Assembly (NCBI GenBank): GCA_965223665.1
Contig: OZ245011.1
Location: 1,728,001 to 1,792,000, forward strand
Direction: 5' to 3'
Origin: Nitrospinaceae bacterium
GTDB lineage: Bacteria; Nitrospinota; Nitrospinia; Nitrospinales; Nitrospinaceae
DNA length: 64,000 nt
Of the stretch, positions 49,077 through 58,981 are shown piece after piece. Position 1 is the stretch's first letter. Each line of letters starts with the position of its first letter. Both the position numbers and the translations under genes were made by a program. Below the pieces are notes generated by a model that worked only from the letters and a program-made list of their open reading frames with translations, was not told where the DNA came from and made no database searches.

Positions 49077-52000
49077 TTATTTGAAAATGTTTTTAAACCA
49101 ATCAAAAAACCTCTGAAACCCATTTTTTTTACCAAATCGGGAAACTTGTCCTTCATAAATTATTTCATCTAACAAACTAAGGGAAAAATTAGTCTCCGGG
49201 TCGCCGACAAGATCAAGGGTATAACCCCCATTTTGATGATCTGTTACCTTCTGAAGCCTTATATTATTTCCGGCAACTTTGAACCCACTTCCTTGAGCGG
49301 GACCAATAAATCGGCCATCTTTTCTTTTAGGCCTCAGTTCAATTTTTATTAATCGGTTATTAGAGCTGCCAGGTGTTCCTAAACTTTTCACATTTAAAGA
49401 AGAATTATCGGGGTCAATTGCATCGAAACGAACATAAACACTTTGTAGAGCAGTGCGTTGAATGTCCCCCATCTCTTTACTTTTATTGGTTGCATAGTAA
49501 ATCACATGATAAACCCCCGAAATTCCGAATGGCTTAAAGGAGGCAGTGTATTGCCCATTTCCCTGATGTTTTAAAAGCGTAGAGTTTTCAGTTCGTTGCA
49601 GTTGTTTTAAAAATTTGGAATCATTTTTTAATAAAAACTCGTATTTTTGTTGACCAGCAGATTCAGCATCGGGTTTTTTATTCAGGTCTTTCACTTTATG
49701 CTCGTGCTTAGCTAACAAATCGCCAACATCATCGCCAGGTTGCAAAATGATTGCTTTAACCGTGGCATCTTTAATCGGTTGTCCCCGCCAACTCAAGCTA
49801 ACATTCGGAACAAACGGTTGATTGACACGCGGCGAACTTGGATTAACTGACCAAGTCATGTCCAATCGATGATCGTCACCGTAAACCACAACACGGTAGT
49901 CCAGAGGTGGGCCTTTCGGCTTATTTATTTCTATGGAATATTTTCCTTGAGGTTCCATGGAAACAATTTCGCCCTTAATTCTTTTAGAAAAAAAAGTTTT
50001 AAAAAGTATAAAATTAGTAGGACCTTCAGAAAAAATGGGTTGGAAAAATTCTGTGACATCTACAGAATTTCTTTTAAACCTAATTCCATTTTTAATTTCT
50101 AAAATTTTTTGACGCGAAATATTTTTAGACAAAGAAACCTTAACCAGTAATTGAGAAACTTTATTGACATCAAAAAAAGGTAACGTTGCGGAATGTGGTC
50201 CACCGGAAAATTTCACAGTATCCACTGTGATCATTTGCGGACTATTTCCATAGAGTGCAGGTCCAAGCGCACAATCGAAAATAGCACTCATAGTACCATT
50301 GCAGGTAGTAATCCCACCTAAATTATCAAAGAAGTTTCCGTCAGTTGTAACAATGTAATCTCCTCCACTGCTGGATGCCAACTGTTGCAATATCGTGTGA
50401 TAGGTCATACCAACATTCGTATCAATGCCAACTGTAATTATCTTAGCTTTTGGACTACACCCCCCATTGTGAATTGGCATAGGGTCGGAAATGCCATCCC
50501 CATATTGGCATCCATTTAACACCACTTGATCACCCGAGCCGTTTTGCCGACCATCAGTAAATAACACAACAACATTTTTATCATCAGCCATTGGATCATC
50601 AATTAAACCTAAACCCGCTTTAAGACCTGAACCTAAAGGGGTACCGCCTGTTGGAAAGCTACCGGAAAATTCCGAATTAACCGTTAAAACTGCGTTTGAG
50701 CTATCATCTATGATGGATGGTTCGGTCAAATCATTACCAATCCTATGAAAACGTACCGACCCCAGCCGACTATTGGGAGGAGCCACTTGGGAAATCATTG
50801 TTGCAAATTGCTGAGCTGAACCTCCTATTTTATCCCACCGACTCGGCATCCCAGAACCCATACTTCCGGATTGATCCAATACAAATGCAATATCTGTCTG
50901 ATCATATATTGTTCTTAAACAATTTAGGAATTTTGGTTCAGGCCAATCCATTTCGGCACCTGATATTGAGGGCATCGTATCCGCGTTATCTAGTAAAATA
51001 GCGTGTATTTCTTCTGGAGTGAGAGTTGAGTTTTTCCACTCTCTATTTGTCGCTGCGAGAACAGCAGCACACCCTGAAACCAAAGGAACCGCCCAACTTG
51101 CTCCATAATCTAGTGGTCCACCCGCATCATTTGCTTCAGGCAAATCCCAGCCGGGAGCATAAATTTCCCCTATTTTGGTTTTTAAATTCCCTTCTACCTC
51201 TGCGCGACAAGAGTCTCCACGATTATCATTCCTGTCAGTACCTCCAACAGTTAGTATTCTAGCTGCAAGATTAACGGAACAAGGAGTAGTGCAATCAAAA
51301 GAAGACCCATAACCATATCTACCAGGGTAACCTGCCTCTTCCTCCGAAACTGTACATATTCCCATTCCATTAGGACTCACTTCAATATTGCCTGCAGAAG
51401 CAGTGACTAGGATATTGCCGCAAACTGCATGACATAAGGCATCTCTAATTTCAGGTACATTTTGTGCATTCCCAGCACTAATATTTATCACATCGATCTG
51501 GTGATCTTGGTGATCATGCGCTTCTCTTGCACAATAAATAGCCCCTTCTAATTGGAAATCACCCAGATTTCTATCAATTCGGTAAAGTGTTGTATTGGGA
51601 GCAATCCCTTCATCTACATTATCAGAGGCAGGATTTCCCGTAATTAACGCCGCGACCTTATTTCCATGATGGTTTCCCCCATGAACCAATTGACCTGGAT
51701 TTACATAGTGATTATAGCAAACCAAATTTTCCATATTAATGTTTTCCACTCCGGATTCAAATGGGATCACTCCCCCACTTGGGCAAGCGTCACCCCCTCC
51801 TCCACATGGAGTACCTGCCTCCAATACAGCTACCCCTGCTCCCTTTCCAAACAAAATTGATTCGGCAATTGGAAATGATTCGGGTCTTAAGTTAAAACCC
51901 CCAACAGTATCAATCCACCAATGGCTTGATGTAGGTGGGACGAAATAATTTGGCGAAGCTTTCTTAATTTCATTTTTATATTTGACATTTTGAAATTCAA

Positions 52001-52862
52001 TAATAAATTGCTCTACTTCTTCTCGAGTTCCTTTCAAGGTTCCAGCTTCTTCGAATCTAACTAAATAAGAATTTGATTGTGAAAGATAACCAACAATGTT
52101 TATGGAATCTGGGTTCGATAATCCAAAAGACAGCCCCACTTCCTTAACAATTTTATTAACCTGTTTAGCAGTAGTACCTTTTTGGGCTCTTATGATTACC
52201 TCGTTGGAAAAGAATTTTTCTTTTTTATTTGGCCCACCTACCAGCTTTTTTATTTCTGAAGATGGATAACCAATTGGAATATTGGTAATGGGGAAAACGG
52301 TGGTTTTAGACCTTAAAATTCTTCCATTATGAATTGTGCTGTAACGAAAGTATTTTTCATTTTCTTCGGCACCACGTATTTCTAGAGGCTCCTGCCCCGT
52401 ATAAAACTGGTTCCCTGCTTCTTTATCAGGGGCCTTGCCATCGTCGAGAAGCTTTCTATGCGCCTCACTATTTTTAATCAACACATTATCTTTATCAACT
52501 TCTTCTAGGCAGATAAACTTGGGAGGAGAGTCGGTGGGAATAACCCGGGTTCCAATATTTAACGTGATTATCTTTTCTTCATTCGGTTTATTAGGGTCCA
52601 ATGCGAGTCCCGATGGAGAAAACGTAGGTGGGTTGAGGTAAAATTGCTTCGGTAGCGATTCCTTGCCTGGCCGATTTGGCGAAGGATCTTTTGGATCTGT
52701 ATCCGTAGGCATCCCCGCATCTATTATGGGACAATTTTTTGTGGAGCTATCTTGAGTATCTGGAATTTGTTGGCGAGTGGGATCCTGGGCCAAAATGGAA
52801 GCTGGCGCGAAACAGAACCCAACTTGTATTAAGATGGTTAAGCCTAATAAATAAATTCTCAT
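49077..52862 (-). CDS. Secreted S8 (subtilisin-like) peptidase - vWA multidomain protein
   Basis: Signal peptide; LLDDGKAPDKEAGNQFYTG; prodomain; GVAVLEAG / HHGNKVAALI / ASAGN / GASWAVPLVSG; vWA FVLDQSGSMG, GGTPLG, VLFTDG; C-terminal beta-sandwiches. Confidence 0.85.
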   Translation of the reverse strand: MRIYLLGLTILIQVGFCFAPASILAQDPTRQQIPDTQDSSTKNCPIIDAGMPTDTDPKDPSPNRPGKESLPKQFYLNPPTFSPSGLALDPNKPNEEKIITLNIGTRVIPTDSPPKFICLEEVDKDNVLIKNSEAHRKLLDDGKAPDKEAGNQFYTGQEPLEIRGAEENEKYFRYSTIHNGRILRSKTTVFPITNIPIGYPSSEIKKLVGGPNKKEKFFSNEVIIRAQKGTTAKQVNKIVKEVGLSFGLSNPDSINIVGYLSQSNSYLVRFEEAGTLKGTREEVEQFIIEFQNVKYKNEIKKASPNYFVPPTSSHWWIDTVGGFNLRPESFPIAESILFGKGAGVAVLEAGTPCGGGGDACPSGGVIPFESGVENINMENLVCYNHYVNPGQLVHGGNHHGNKVAALITGNPASDNVDEGIAPNTTLYRIDRNLGDFQLEGAIYCAREAHDHQDHQIDVINISAGNAQNVPEIRDALCHAVCGNILVTASAGNIEVSPNGMGICTVSEEEAGYPGRYGYGSSFDCTTPCSVNLAARILTVGGTDRNDNRGDSCRAEVEGNLKTKIGEIYAPGWDLPEANDAGGPLDYGASWAVPLVSGCAAVLAATNREWKNSTLTPEEIHAILLDNADTMPSISGAEMDWPEPKFLNCLRTIYDQTDIAFVLDQSGSMGSGMPSRWDKIGGSAQQFATMISQVAPPNSRLGSVRFHRIGNDLTEPSIIDDSSNAVLTVNSEFSGSFPTGGTPLGSGLKAGLGLIDDPMADDKNVVVLFTDGRQNGSGDQVVLNGCQYGDGISDPMPIHNGGCSPKAKIITVGIDTNVGMTYHTILQQLASSSGGDYIVTTDGNFFDNLGGITTCNGTMSAIFDCALGPALYGNSPQMITVDTVKFSGGPHSATLPFFDVNKVSQLLVKVSLSKNISRQKILEIKNGIRFKRNSVDVTEFFQPIFSEGPTNFILFKTFFSKRIKGEIVSMEPQGKYSIEINKPKGPPLDYRVVVYGDDHRLDMTWSVNPSSPRVNQPFVPNVSLSWRGQPIKDATVKAIILQPGDDVGDLLAKHEHKVKDLNKKPDAESAGQQKYEFLLKNDSKFLKQLQRTENSTLLKHQGNGQYTASFKPFGISGVYHVIYYATNKSKEMGDIQRTALQSVYVRFDAIDPDNSSLNVKSLGTPGSSNNRLIKIELRPKRKDGRFIGPAQGSGFKVAGNNIRLQKVTDHQNGGYTLDLVGDPETNFSLSLLDEIIYEGQVSRFGKKNGFQRFFDWFKNIFK

Positions 52863-53083
52863 CGGTTTACCCTCCCCCTAAGAATTCATTATTCCAAATT
52901 TCCTATTGGTATCGGAATATTACTATAACTAAATTAGATAGCAAGCGAAATTATTACTAAACCAAACCTTTTTGATTATATTTCGGGTAGCGGAACTTTG
53001 TGCTGCCCTACCAGGCAATTCATTGTGGGCAAATGGAGATTAAATGGAGTGAAGATAATTTTGAAAGGATATTACTTGATGGG

Positions 53084-53539
53084 CTATTTCTTTTCCTTAT
53101 TTTTATTTTCGAGATGGTGTTCAAACCAAAGGGTATTTTCCCGTGAGATGACCCGTTCCACCCGGCCGACAAAAAGGGCTTCTTTATCTTCTGCCTCTTT
53201 ATAATCCCCAAGGCTTGCCTGATAAAGATATTTTTCTTTCCTCAAAGTTTCACAGGTGGTTCGATAGTTGATCCAATTCTCCTGGTATTTAAAGGTCTTA
53301 ATAGCCGCGGAACAAATGGTGACCAAAAGAGAAGTCACAATGGCCAATCGGCTCAATTGAAAATCTTTGAAAAAATCTATATGTAATTCGATTAAAACAG
53401 GAGTGAGTGCCGAGAAGATAATGATTATCCACTGGAGACGTTTATAAACCTTTTGATTATGGAGGGATTTTTTATCGTACCAATTGACCTGGTCGTCATA
53501 ACGTTCACTTAAAAATTTGGAAAAAGTTTCTTGGTCCAT
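53084..53539 (-). CDS. DUF4231 / SLATT-family 2TM effector
   Basis: RYDDQVNWYDKKS..QKVYKRLQ, two TMs, KYQENWINYRTTCETLRKEKYLY; ATG 53539 preferred (track start 53599). Confidence 0.85.
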   Translation of the reverse strand: MDQETFSKFLSERYDDQVNWYDKKSLHNQKVYKRLQWIIIIFSALTPVLIELHIDFFKDFQLSRLAIVTSLLVTICSAAIKTFKYQENWINYRTTCETLRKEKYLYQASLGDYKEAEDKEALFVGRVERVISRENTLWFEHHLENKNKEKK

Positions 53540-53787
53540 AACAACCCTATGTTTAATTGAATTCGGAACAAGTTTTTGACTGAAAGAGTCAATCCTCATT
53601 TTTTAGTTAAAGTCTAAATTTTCATTACGGTTGTACCATATTTAGTGTCCTCAGAATAGGAAATAGTTTCAAGGGTACGGCCAAAGTGGAGCCAATAAAA
53701 ATCCGGCTAACCGATTATAATTATCATTGACGAGTATGAGTTTTCATCCCCGGTTCTTAAGGAGATCCTTGCGTAACCACAAAATTG

Positions 53788-53990
53788 GAAAACCTCTGGA
53801 GGTGAATCACCCCAACCAGGCAACGCCTGGAGGAAGCATGAATTTCCTAAGGTTCTTTTCAGTTTGTCTATCCGTCAACTTCTGAATATCCTTTTTGCCT
53901 CCAACCCCTAGGTTGGGAAAGAGGGAGAACATGGATCTCCGCTCTTTTACTGGACTTGTTTGTTCAATAATCCTTGGTTGTGCAAAGGTC
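53788..53990. repeat. Rearranged copy of the MITE/REPIN-like repeat
   Basis: GAGGGAGAACATGGATCTCCGCTCTTTT...AATAATCCTTGGTTGTGCAAAG is the reverse-complement homolog of 14670-14735; AAAACCTCTGGAGGTGAATCACCCC is the reverse-complement homolog of ~11002-11026. Confidence 0.7.
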
Positions 53991-54064
53991 TCGTTCATAA
54001 GGGGTCGAAAAGATTCCTTATTATATAAACCGTTGTTTAAATCTTCCCCAAGTGGGATCGAAAA

Positions 54065-54238
54065 TAAGGAAAATTTTATTTCATCCTAAAGGTTGGGTAA
54101 AATAAGACACTTTTTGGGAACGTGCGCAACCCGAAAACAGGTTCCCGATTTTAACAGCACGACTCTAATTCTATGAAACGAAAATTCAATTCGATTTCAG
54201 TTGAAAAAGCTTCCGGAGACTCGCAGAATTTTTCCCAG
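54065..54238 (+). repeat. Direct repeat, right copy
   Basis: Matches 43320-43492; contains the intact start of the 54173 gene. Confidence 0.95.
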
Positions 54239-55012
54239 CAAAAACTGTATCGTTCCCTGAGAAAGGCCGGGGCTTCTAAAGATTTGGCGGATAGAATTCT
54301 GATTATTTTGCAGGATCAAATTTACTCCGGCATGCCCACCCATAAACTGTTTCGCAAGGCGTATCAACTGCTCTATAAGGAAGCGCGTTCCCTGGCCGCC
54401 CGCTACAGTTTGAAAAAAGCCATTATGCAATTGGGCCCTTCCGGGTACCCTTTTGAAAAAATGATAGCGGCGATCTTTGCTCAGCAGGGTTATAAAACCC
54501 GAGTCGGTCAAACTTTAAAAGGCAACTGCGTCAATCATGAAGTGGATGTGGTTGCCCAGAAAAATAACCATCGATTGATGGTCGAGTGTAAGTTCCGTAA
54601 CGATTCCGGAAAAAAGAGCGATGTCAAGGTGACCTTATACGTATACGCGCGGTGGCTGGACCTGAAGAAAAATAAAGACCACAGCTCCTTTAACGAATTT
54701 TGGTTAGCAACCAATACCAAGTTTACGAAAGATGCCATTCGTTATGGTAATTGTGTGGGTTTAAAATTACTGGGATGGGATCATCCCAAGGGTAAAAGTT
54801 TAAAAGATCTCATTCAGTTGGCACAAATCCACCCCATCACCTGTCTGACCAGCCTCAAATCTTTCGAAAAAGACAAACTGATCAAACAAAAGATCATTCT
54901 CTGTAAAGAAGTGCTGCAACGTCCCGAATTGCTATCTCGAATAGGATTTCAGGATTCAAGAATCAGTCGCGTTTTAGAAGAAATAACCGCCTTAACAGAA
55001 CCCCCGGTCTAA
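54173..55012 (+). CDS. ATP-cone domain + Mrr-like PD-(D/E)XK endonuclease protein
   Basis: VEKASGDSQNFSQQKLYRSLRKAG (ATP cone); LGPSGYPFEK; HEVDVVA...MVECK; TNTKFT.DA. Confidence 0.88.
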   Translation: MKRKFNSISVEKASGDSQNFSQQKLYRSLRKAGASKDLADRILIILQDQIYSGMPTHKLFRKAYQLLYKEARSLAARYSLKKAIMQLGPSGYPFEKMIAAIFAQQGYKTRVGQTLKGNCVNHEVDVVAQKNNHRLMVECKFRNDSGKKSDVKVTLYVYARWLDLKKNKDHSSFNEFWLATNTKFTKDAIRYGNCVGLKLLGWDHPKGKSLKDLIQLAQIHPITCLTSLKSFEKDKLIKQKIILCKEVLQRPELLSRIGFQDSRISRVLEEITALTEPPV

Positions 55013-55401
55013 ATTTTCACTCTTCCCTATAATCACGTGCCATCAAAGGAAAACAGACTCTAAACCTTTTATTAAACAGTGCCTTATAGAGTGCCATATT
55101 GTTAAAATCAGTTTACAATCTGAACTAAATATTTTTTTGTAATAATTGTTTTTACCAAGGTTTTCTTCATTATTAAGTTGTTTGGATTAAGAATTCCCCA
55201 AATCCCCCCTAATTAGGCTGCAAAACTACCAAAAATCAAACCTTTTCCTAATTATTCTTTTTCGTAATAACGAAGTTTTTGGTATGCTACCCTTCGTGAA
55301 AGGATGGTTGCCTGAGATTTAATCGAATGTAACGGAATTCTTTTCCATTATTTTTCTGCCTTCAATTAACTGGCTCGCTGGTTCATTTACGGAGAACCAT
55401 A

Positions 55402-57885
55402 GTGCACTTAACAACGATTTTCAAATTGTTCTTAATTGTGACCTTAAGTCTTTTCTCTGTGATTGGATATTCTTCCTACAAAATGAGCCAAAGTGAAATC
55501 TATCAAATTAACGCCCTGAACAATCAGAAAAAACTGGAAGCTTTAGGGGAACAGTTGGCTTCCGGATCGGACTATTTAACGAGTCAAGTGAGAAGGTATG
55601 TTCAGTTTGGAGCCATAGAATATTTTCATAACTTTTGGAAAGAAGTTAATGAAACGAAAACCCGAGAAGTGATTGATGACTTGATCGCATTGAAAGCCCT
55701 TCCCTCAGAAATAAATCTCATTAAGGAATCCAAGGCGGTTTCTGACAATTTGATTAACACCGAAATACTGGCGATGGACGCAGTGAAGCAGGGAGATTAC
55801 ACTCAGGCCAGAAAACTGGTTTTTGGCGGCTATTATGACAGTCAAAAAGAAATCATCATGGGAAAAATAAAGAGTTTTCAAAATGCCATCTATTTAAGAA
55901 CCAACAAGGTGGTGCGGGAAGCCCAGGACCAAACGGTTTTTTTCATGAAATTGACCAATATTCTTTTAGTCATTTCCGGTGGGCTGATCCTTTTTGCCTT
56001 GGTGGGAATTACCAGGAAACGAATCATTGTACCCATTCGAAAGTTATCGGGAATGATGAACGAGGTTTCCGCGGGAAATTTGGAAGCACAAATTCCCCTG
56101 GGAAAACCCAAAGATGAAATTTACCATATGACGACCACCTTCAATGAGATGGTGAAAAATGTAAAAAATGTAAAAGAACGAGAAGAATCTTTTCTGCGCA
56201 ATCGAGAAAAAATTGCCAAGCTGATTAAAGAAGTAGCTTCCGCCGCTAACCTGGCCAAGTCCATACAAGAAGTGATTTATTCCGCGTTGTCCCACATCGC
56301 CCAATACAAGGACTGGCCGGTAGCCAATGCTTATCAGGTGATTAAGAAAGACAATGAAAATATATTGGTTCCCACCGGAATTTGGAAATTCAAGGAAGAA
56401 AAACCTTATAAAGAATTCAAGGCCATCACTGACAAAACCTCCTTTAAACCCGGGAAAGGATTACCGGGAAGAGTCTACCAGCAAAAACGAGCGGCGTGGA
56501 TTGAGGATATTTCCCAAGACGAAAACTTTCCTCGTAATAAGTTAATGAAAAACATTAATTTGAAAAGCACTTTTGCGTTTCCGGTGTTTGTAAAAAAAGA
56601 AGTGGTTTACGTTCTTGAATTTTTTTCTAAGGAAATGGAAAACCCTAATAAAGAGCTACTGGATTCTATCGATCAAATTGGAATCGAAATTGGCATTGCC
56701 ATTGAAAGAAGACAGAGTGCAGTGGACCTTCATCGTGCATGGCAGGTGGCCGAAAAAGCTAACAAAGCTAAATCCGAATTCCTGGCCCGGATGAGTCATG
56801 AACTACGAACTCCTATGAATTCTATTTTGGGGTTCACGCAATTGCTGGAAAGAGATCACCAGAATCCTCTGGCCGATTACCAACTTCAAAATATAAAAAT
56901 TATTCATTCGGCCGGCACTCACCTTTTGGATTTAATCACAGAGATACTGGACCTCTCTAAAATTGAAGCGGGTCATTTAAATATTGACCTTAAAGTTCTG
57001 GATTTGGCAGAAATTGTTGAAAGAGTCATTTCCATATCTGAACCGTTGGCAGTGCCCAATAGTATTAATTTACGCTTCGAAAATTTTCTAAAGGAAAGAC
57101 ACTTAGTAGAAGCTGACCCGCTCCGCCTCAATCAGGTCATTGTGAATCTGATTTCCAACGCTATTAAATTCAATAAGCCTGGCGGATCGGTTATCATTTC
57201 ATTTGATTTTCCTAAAGAGGGACATATTCGATTAGTGGTTAAAGATGAGGGCAAAGGCATTCTGGAGCATCAACAGAAAAAATTATTCCAACCCTTCGAA
57301 CGCCTGGGGATTGATGCCGATGGCATAGAGGGAACCGGGATTGGGTTGGCTATTTCCAAAAGGCTGATGGACCTGATGGGAGGTACCATTGGAATGGAAA
57401 GTGTTTTAGGGAAGGGAAGTTCCTTTTTCATCGACTTGCCTTTGACTTCTAAAAAGCCTTGTAATAAAAATGAAACAGACACCGAAATTATACCTTCCCC
57501 GGAAATTCCTTCACCTAAAAGAAAAATCCTGTATGTGGAAGACACGCAACATAATATTGATTTAATAGAACAGGTTTTTTCTATTCAACCTGAGATGGAA
57601 CTGGTATCCGCTTTGACAGGAAAAGAAGGCATTGCCTTAACTCAGCATCAAAACTTTGATTTAATCCTCCTCGATATTCACCTGCCGGATATGAATGGGT
57701 TCAAAATATTTGAAAGAATAAACCAGGATCCCGCAACCAAACACATTCCAATAATCGCTTTGTCAGCGGATGCTATGGCGGACAAAATTCACCAAGCGTT
57801 AGAAATGGGTTTTTATTCTTACCTTACGAAACCCATCGACATTGCCAAGTTGTTAAACACAGTCCACGAAGCCATGAAAAAGTGA
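55402..57885 (+). CDS. Hybrid sensor histidine kinase (periplasmic domain-HAMP-GAF-HisKA-HATPase-REC)
   Basis: Two TMs; DEIYHM..TFNEM; GKGLPGRV GAF; FLARMSHELRTPMNSILGF; GTGIGLAI; ILLDIHLPDMNG. Confidence 0.93.
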   Translation: MHLTTIFKLFLIVTLSLFSVIGYSSYKMSQSEIYQINALNNQKKLEALGEQLASGSDYLTSQVRRYVQFGAIEYFHNFWKEVNETKTREVIDDLIALKALPSEINLIKESKAVSDNLINTEILAMDAVKQGDYTQARKLVFGGYYDSQKEIIMGKIKSFQNAIYLRTNKVVREAQDQTVFFMKLTNILLVISGGLILFALVGITRKRIIVPIRKLSGMMNEVSAGNLEAQIPLGKPKDEIYHMTTTFNEMVKNVKNVKEREESFLRNREKIAKLIKEVASAANLAKSIQEVIYSALSHIAQYKDWPVANAYQVIKKDNENILVPTGIWKFKEEKPYKEFKAITDKTSFKPGKGLPGRVYQQKRAAWIEDISQDENFPRNKLMKNINLKSTFAFPVFVKKEVVYVLEFFSKEMENPNKELLDSIDQIGIEIGIAIERRQSAVDLHRAWQVAEKANKAKSEFLARMSHELRTPMNSILGFTQLLERDHQNPLADYQLQNIKIIHSAGTHLLDLITEILDLSKIEAGHLNIDLKVLDLAEIVERVISISEPLAVPNSINLRFENFLKERHLVEADPLRLNQVIVNLISNAIKFNKPGGSVIISFDFPKEGHIRLVVKDEGKGILEHQQKKLFQPFERLGIDADGIEGTGIGLAISKRLMDLMGGTIGMESVLGKGSSFFIDLPLTSKKPCNKNETDTEIIPSPEIPSPKRKILYVEDTQHNIDLIEQVFSIQPEMELVSALTGKEGIALTQHQNFDLILLDIHLPDMNGFKIFERINQDPATKHIPIIALSADAMADKIHQALEMGFYSYLTKPIDIAKLLNTVHEAMKK

Positions 57886-57990
57886 ATCCACTGAAAAATA
57901 ATTTCAATTAAAAAACATAAGAATAAACAAGGTGAGTTTTTAAAGAGAGCCCACAAATTGCATAAAACTTTTGTGAGTTGGAAGTGTCGG

Positions 57991-58917
57991 CTATTTTATT
58001 TTAATGCAGTTTCTTCCATTTTGTTTGGCAGAGTACATCGCTTGATCTGCCCTTTCAAATAACGTTTCCTCAGAATCGGTTTTATTTAAAGAAGTCATTC
58101 CAATGCTTACGGTCACCCTCAACTTCTTACCCTCGTGCATCAAAAATAAATTTTCAATATTTTCCCGAATTTTATCCGCCACTTGTTTTGCGGAATCCAT
58201 AGAAATTCGTTTTAAGAGGACCACAAATTCTTCCCCTCCGTAGCGGAACACTAAATCGGAAGGCCGGATAGAATTGCTTAGAGAAGTGGCGACCAATCGC
58301 AGAATATTATCTCCCACTTTATGTCCGTAACGATCATTAAAACTTTTGAAGTGGTCAATATCCACCACAGCAAGAGCTGTGGGTTCTTCATAGCGTTTAT
58401 ATTCGCGGATCGCTTGCTCAATAGACATGCTATAGGCCGTACGGTTTAATACATGGGTCAGGGAATCGACCAGCGCTTTCGTTTTCCATATTTTTGCTTC
58501 GTCATTTTGATTGGAATTAATCGCATTGATAACCGTGTCAAAAAATAATTCCTTTGAAAAATTTTCCTTTACAATATAATCATGGGCTCCGCCTTTCATA
58601 GCCTGGACAGCAATGGACTCACTGCCATGCCCGGTAAGCATAATGATAGCTCCCTGAAACCCTTTATCATTTATTATTGAAAGAAATTGCAATCCGTCCA
58701 TGTCCGGCAAAGCATAATCCAAAAGAATGCAATCGGGATTTTCTTCCAAGCATAGCTGAATACCTTCTTCACCCGTTTCGCTTATTGAGAACGAGTAATC
58801 GGATATTGTCTCTTTACCCAATTGCCGCAGGTATAAAGCACAGTCATCCGGATTATCCTCGACAATCAAAACTTTTAATTTTTGAATTTTGGAGTCGACC
58901 TCTTTATCAATAATCAT
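57991..58917 (-). CDS. Response regulator diguanylate cyclase (REC-GGDEF), paralog 2
   Basis: LIVEDNPDD, ILLDYALPDMDG, RPSD I-site, RYGGEEF. Confidence 0.93.
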   Translation of the reverse strand: MIIDKEVDSKIQKLKVLIVEDNPDDCALYLRQLGKETISDYSFSISETGEEGIQLCLEENPDCILLDYALPDMDGLQFLSIINDKGFQGAIIMLTGHGSESIAVQAMKGGAHDYIVKENFSKELFFDTVINAINSNQNDEAKIWKTKALVDSLTHVLNRTAYSMSIEQAIREYKRYEEPTALAVVDIDHFKSFNDRYGHKVGDNILRLVATSLSNSIRPSDLVFRYGGEEFVVLLKRISMDSAKQVADKIRENIENLFLMHEGKKLRVTVSIGMTSLNKTDSEETLFERADQAMYSAKQNGRNCIKIK

Positions 58918-58981
58918 TTGAACCTCTTTTCAATTACGACTTATCCTTAAACCCAGGATTCGGCAAAACATTCAAATCCCA

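Noticed and set aside
43320-54238. Prophage or composite transposon interpretation of the island
   Set aside because: No phage, integrase or transposase genes; the repeats are host gene sequence, not IS ends.
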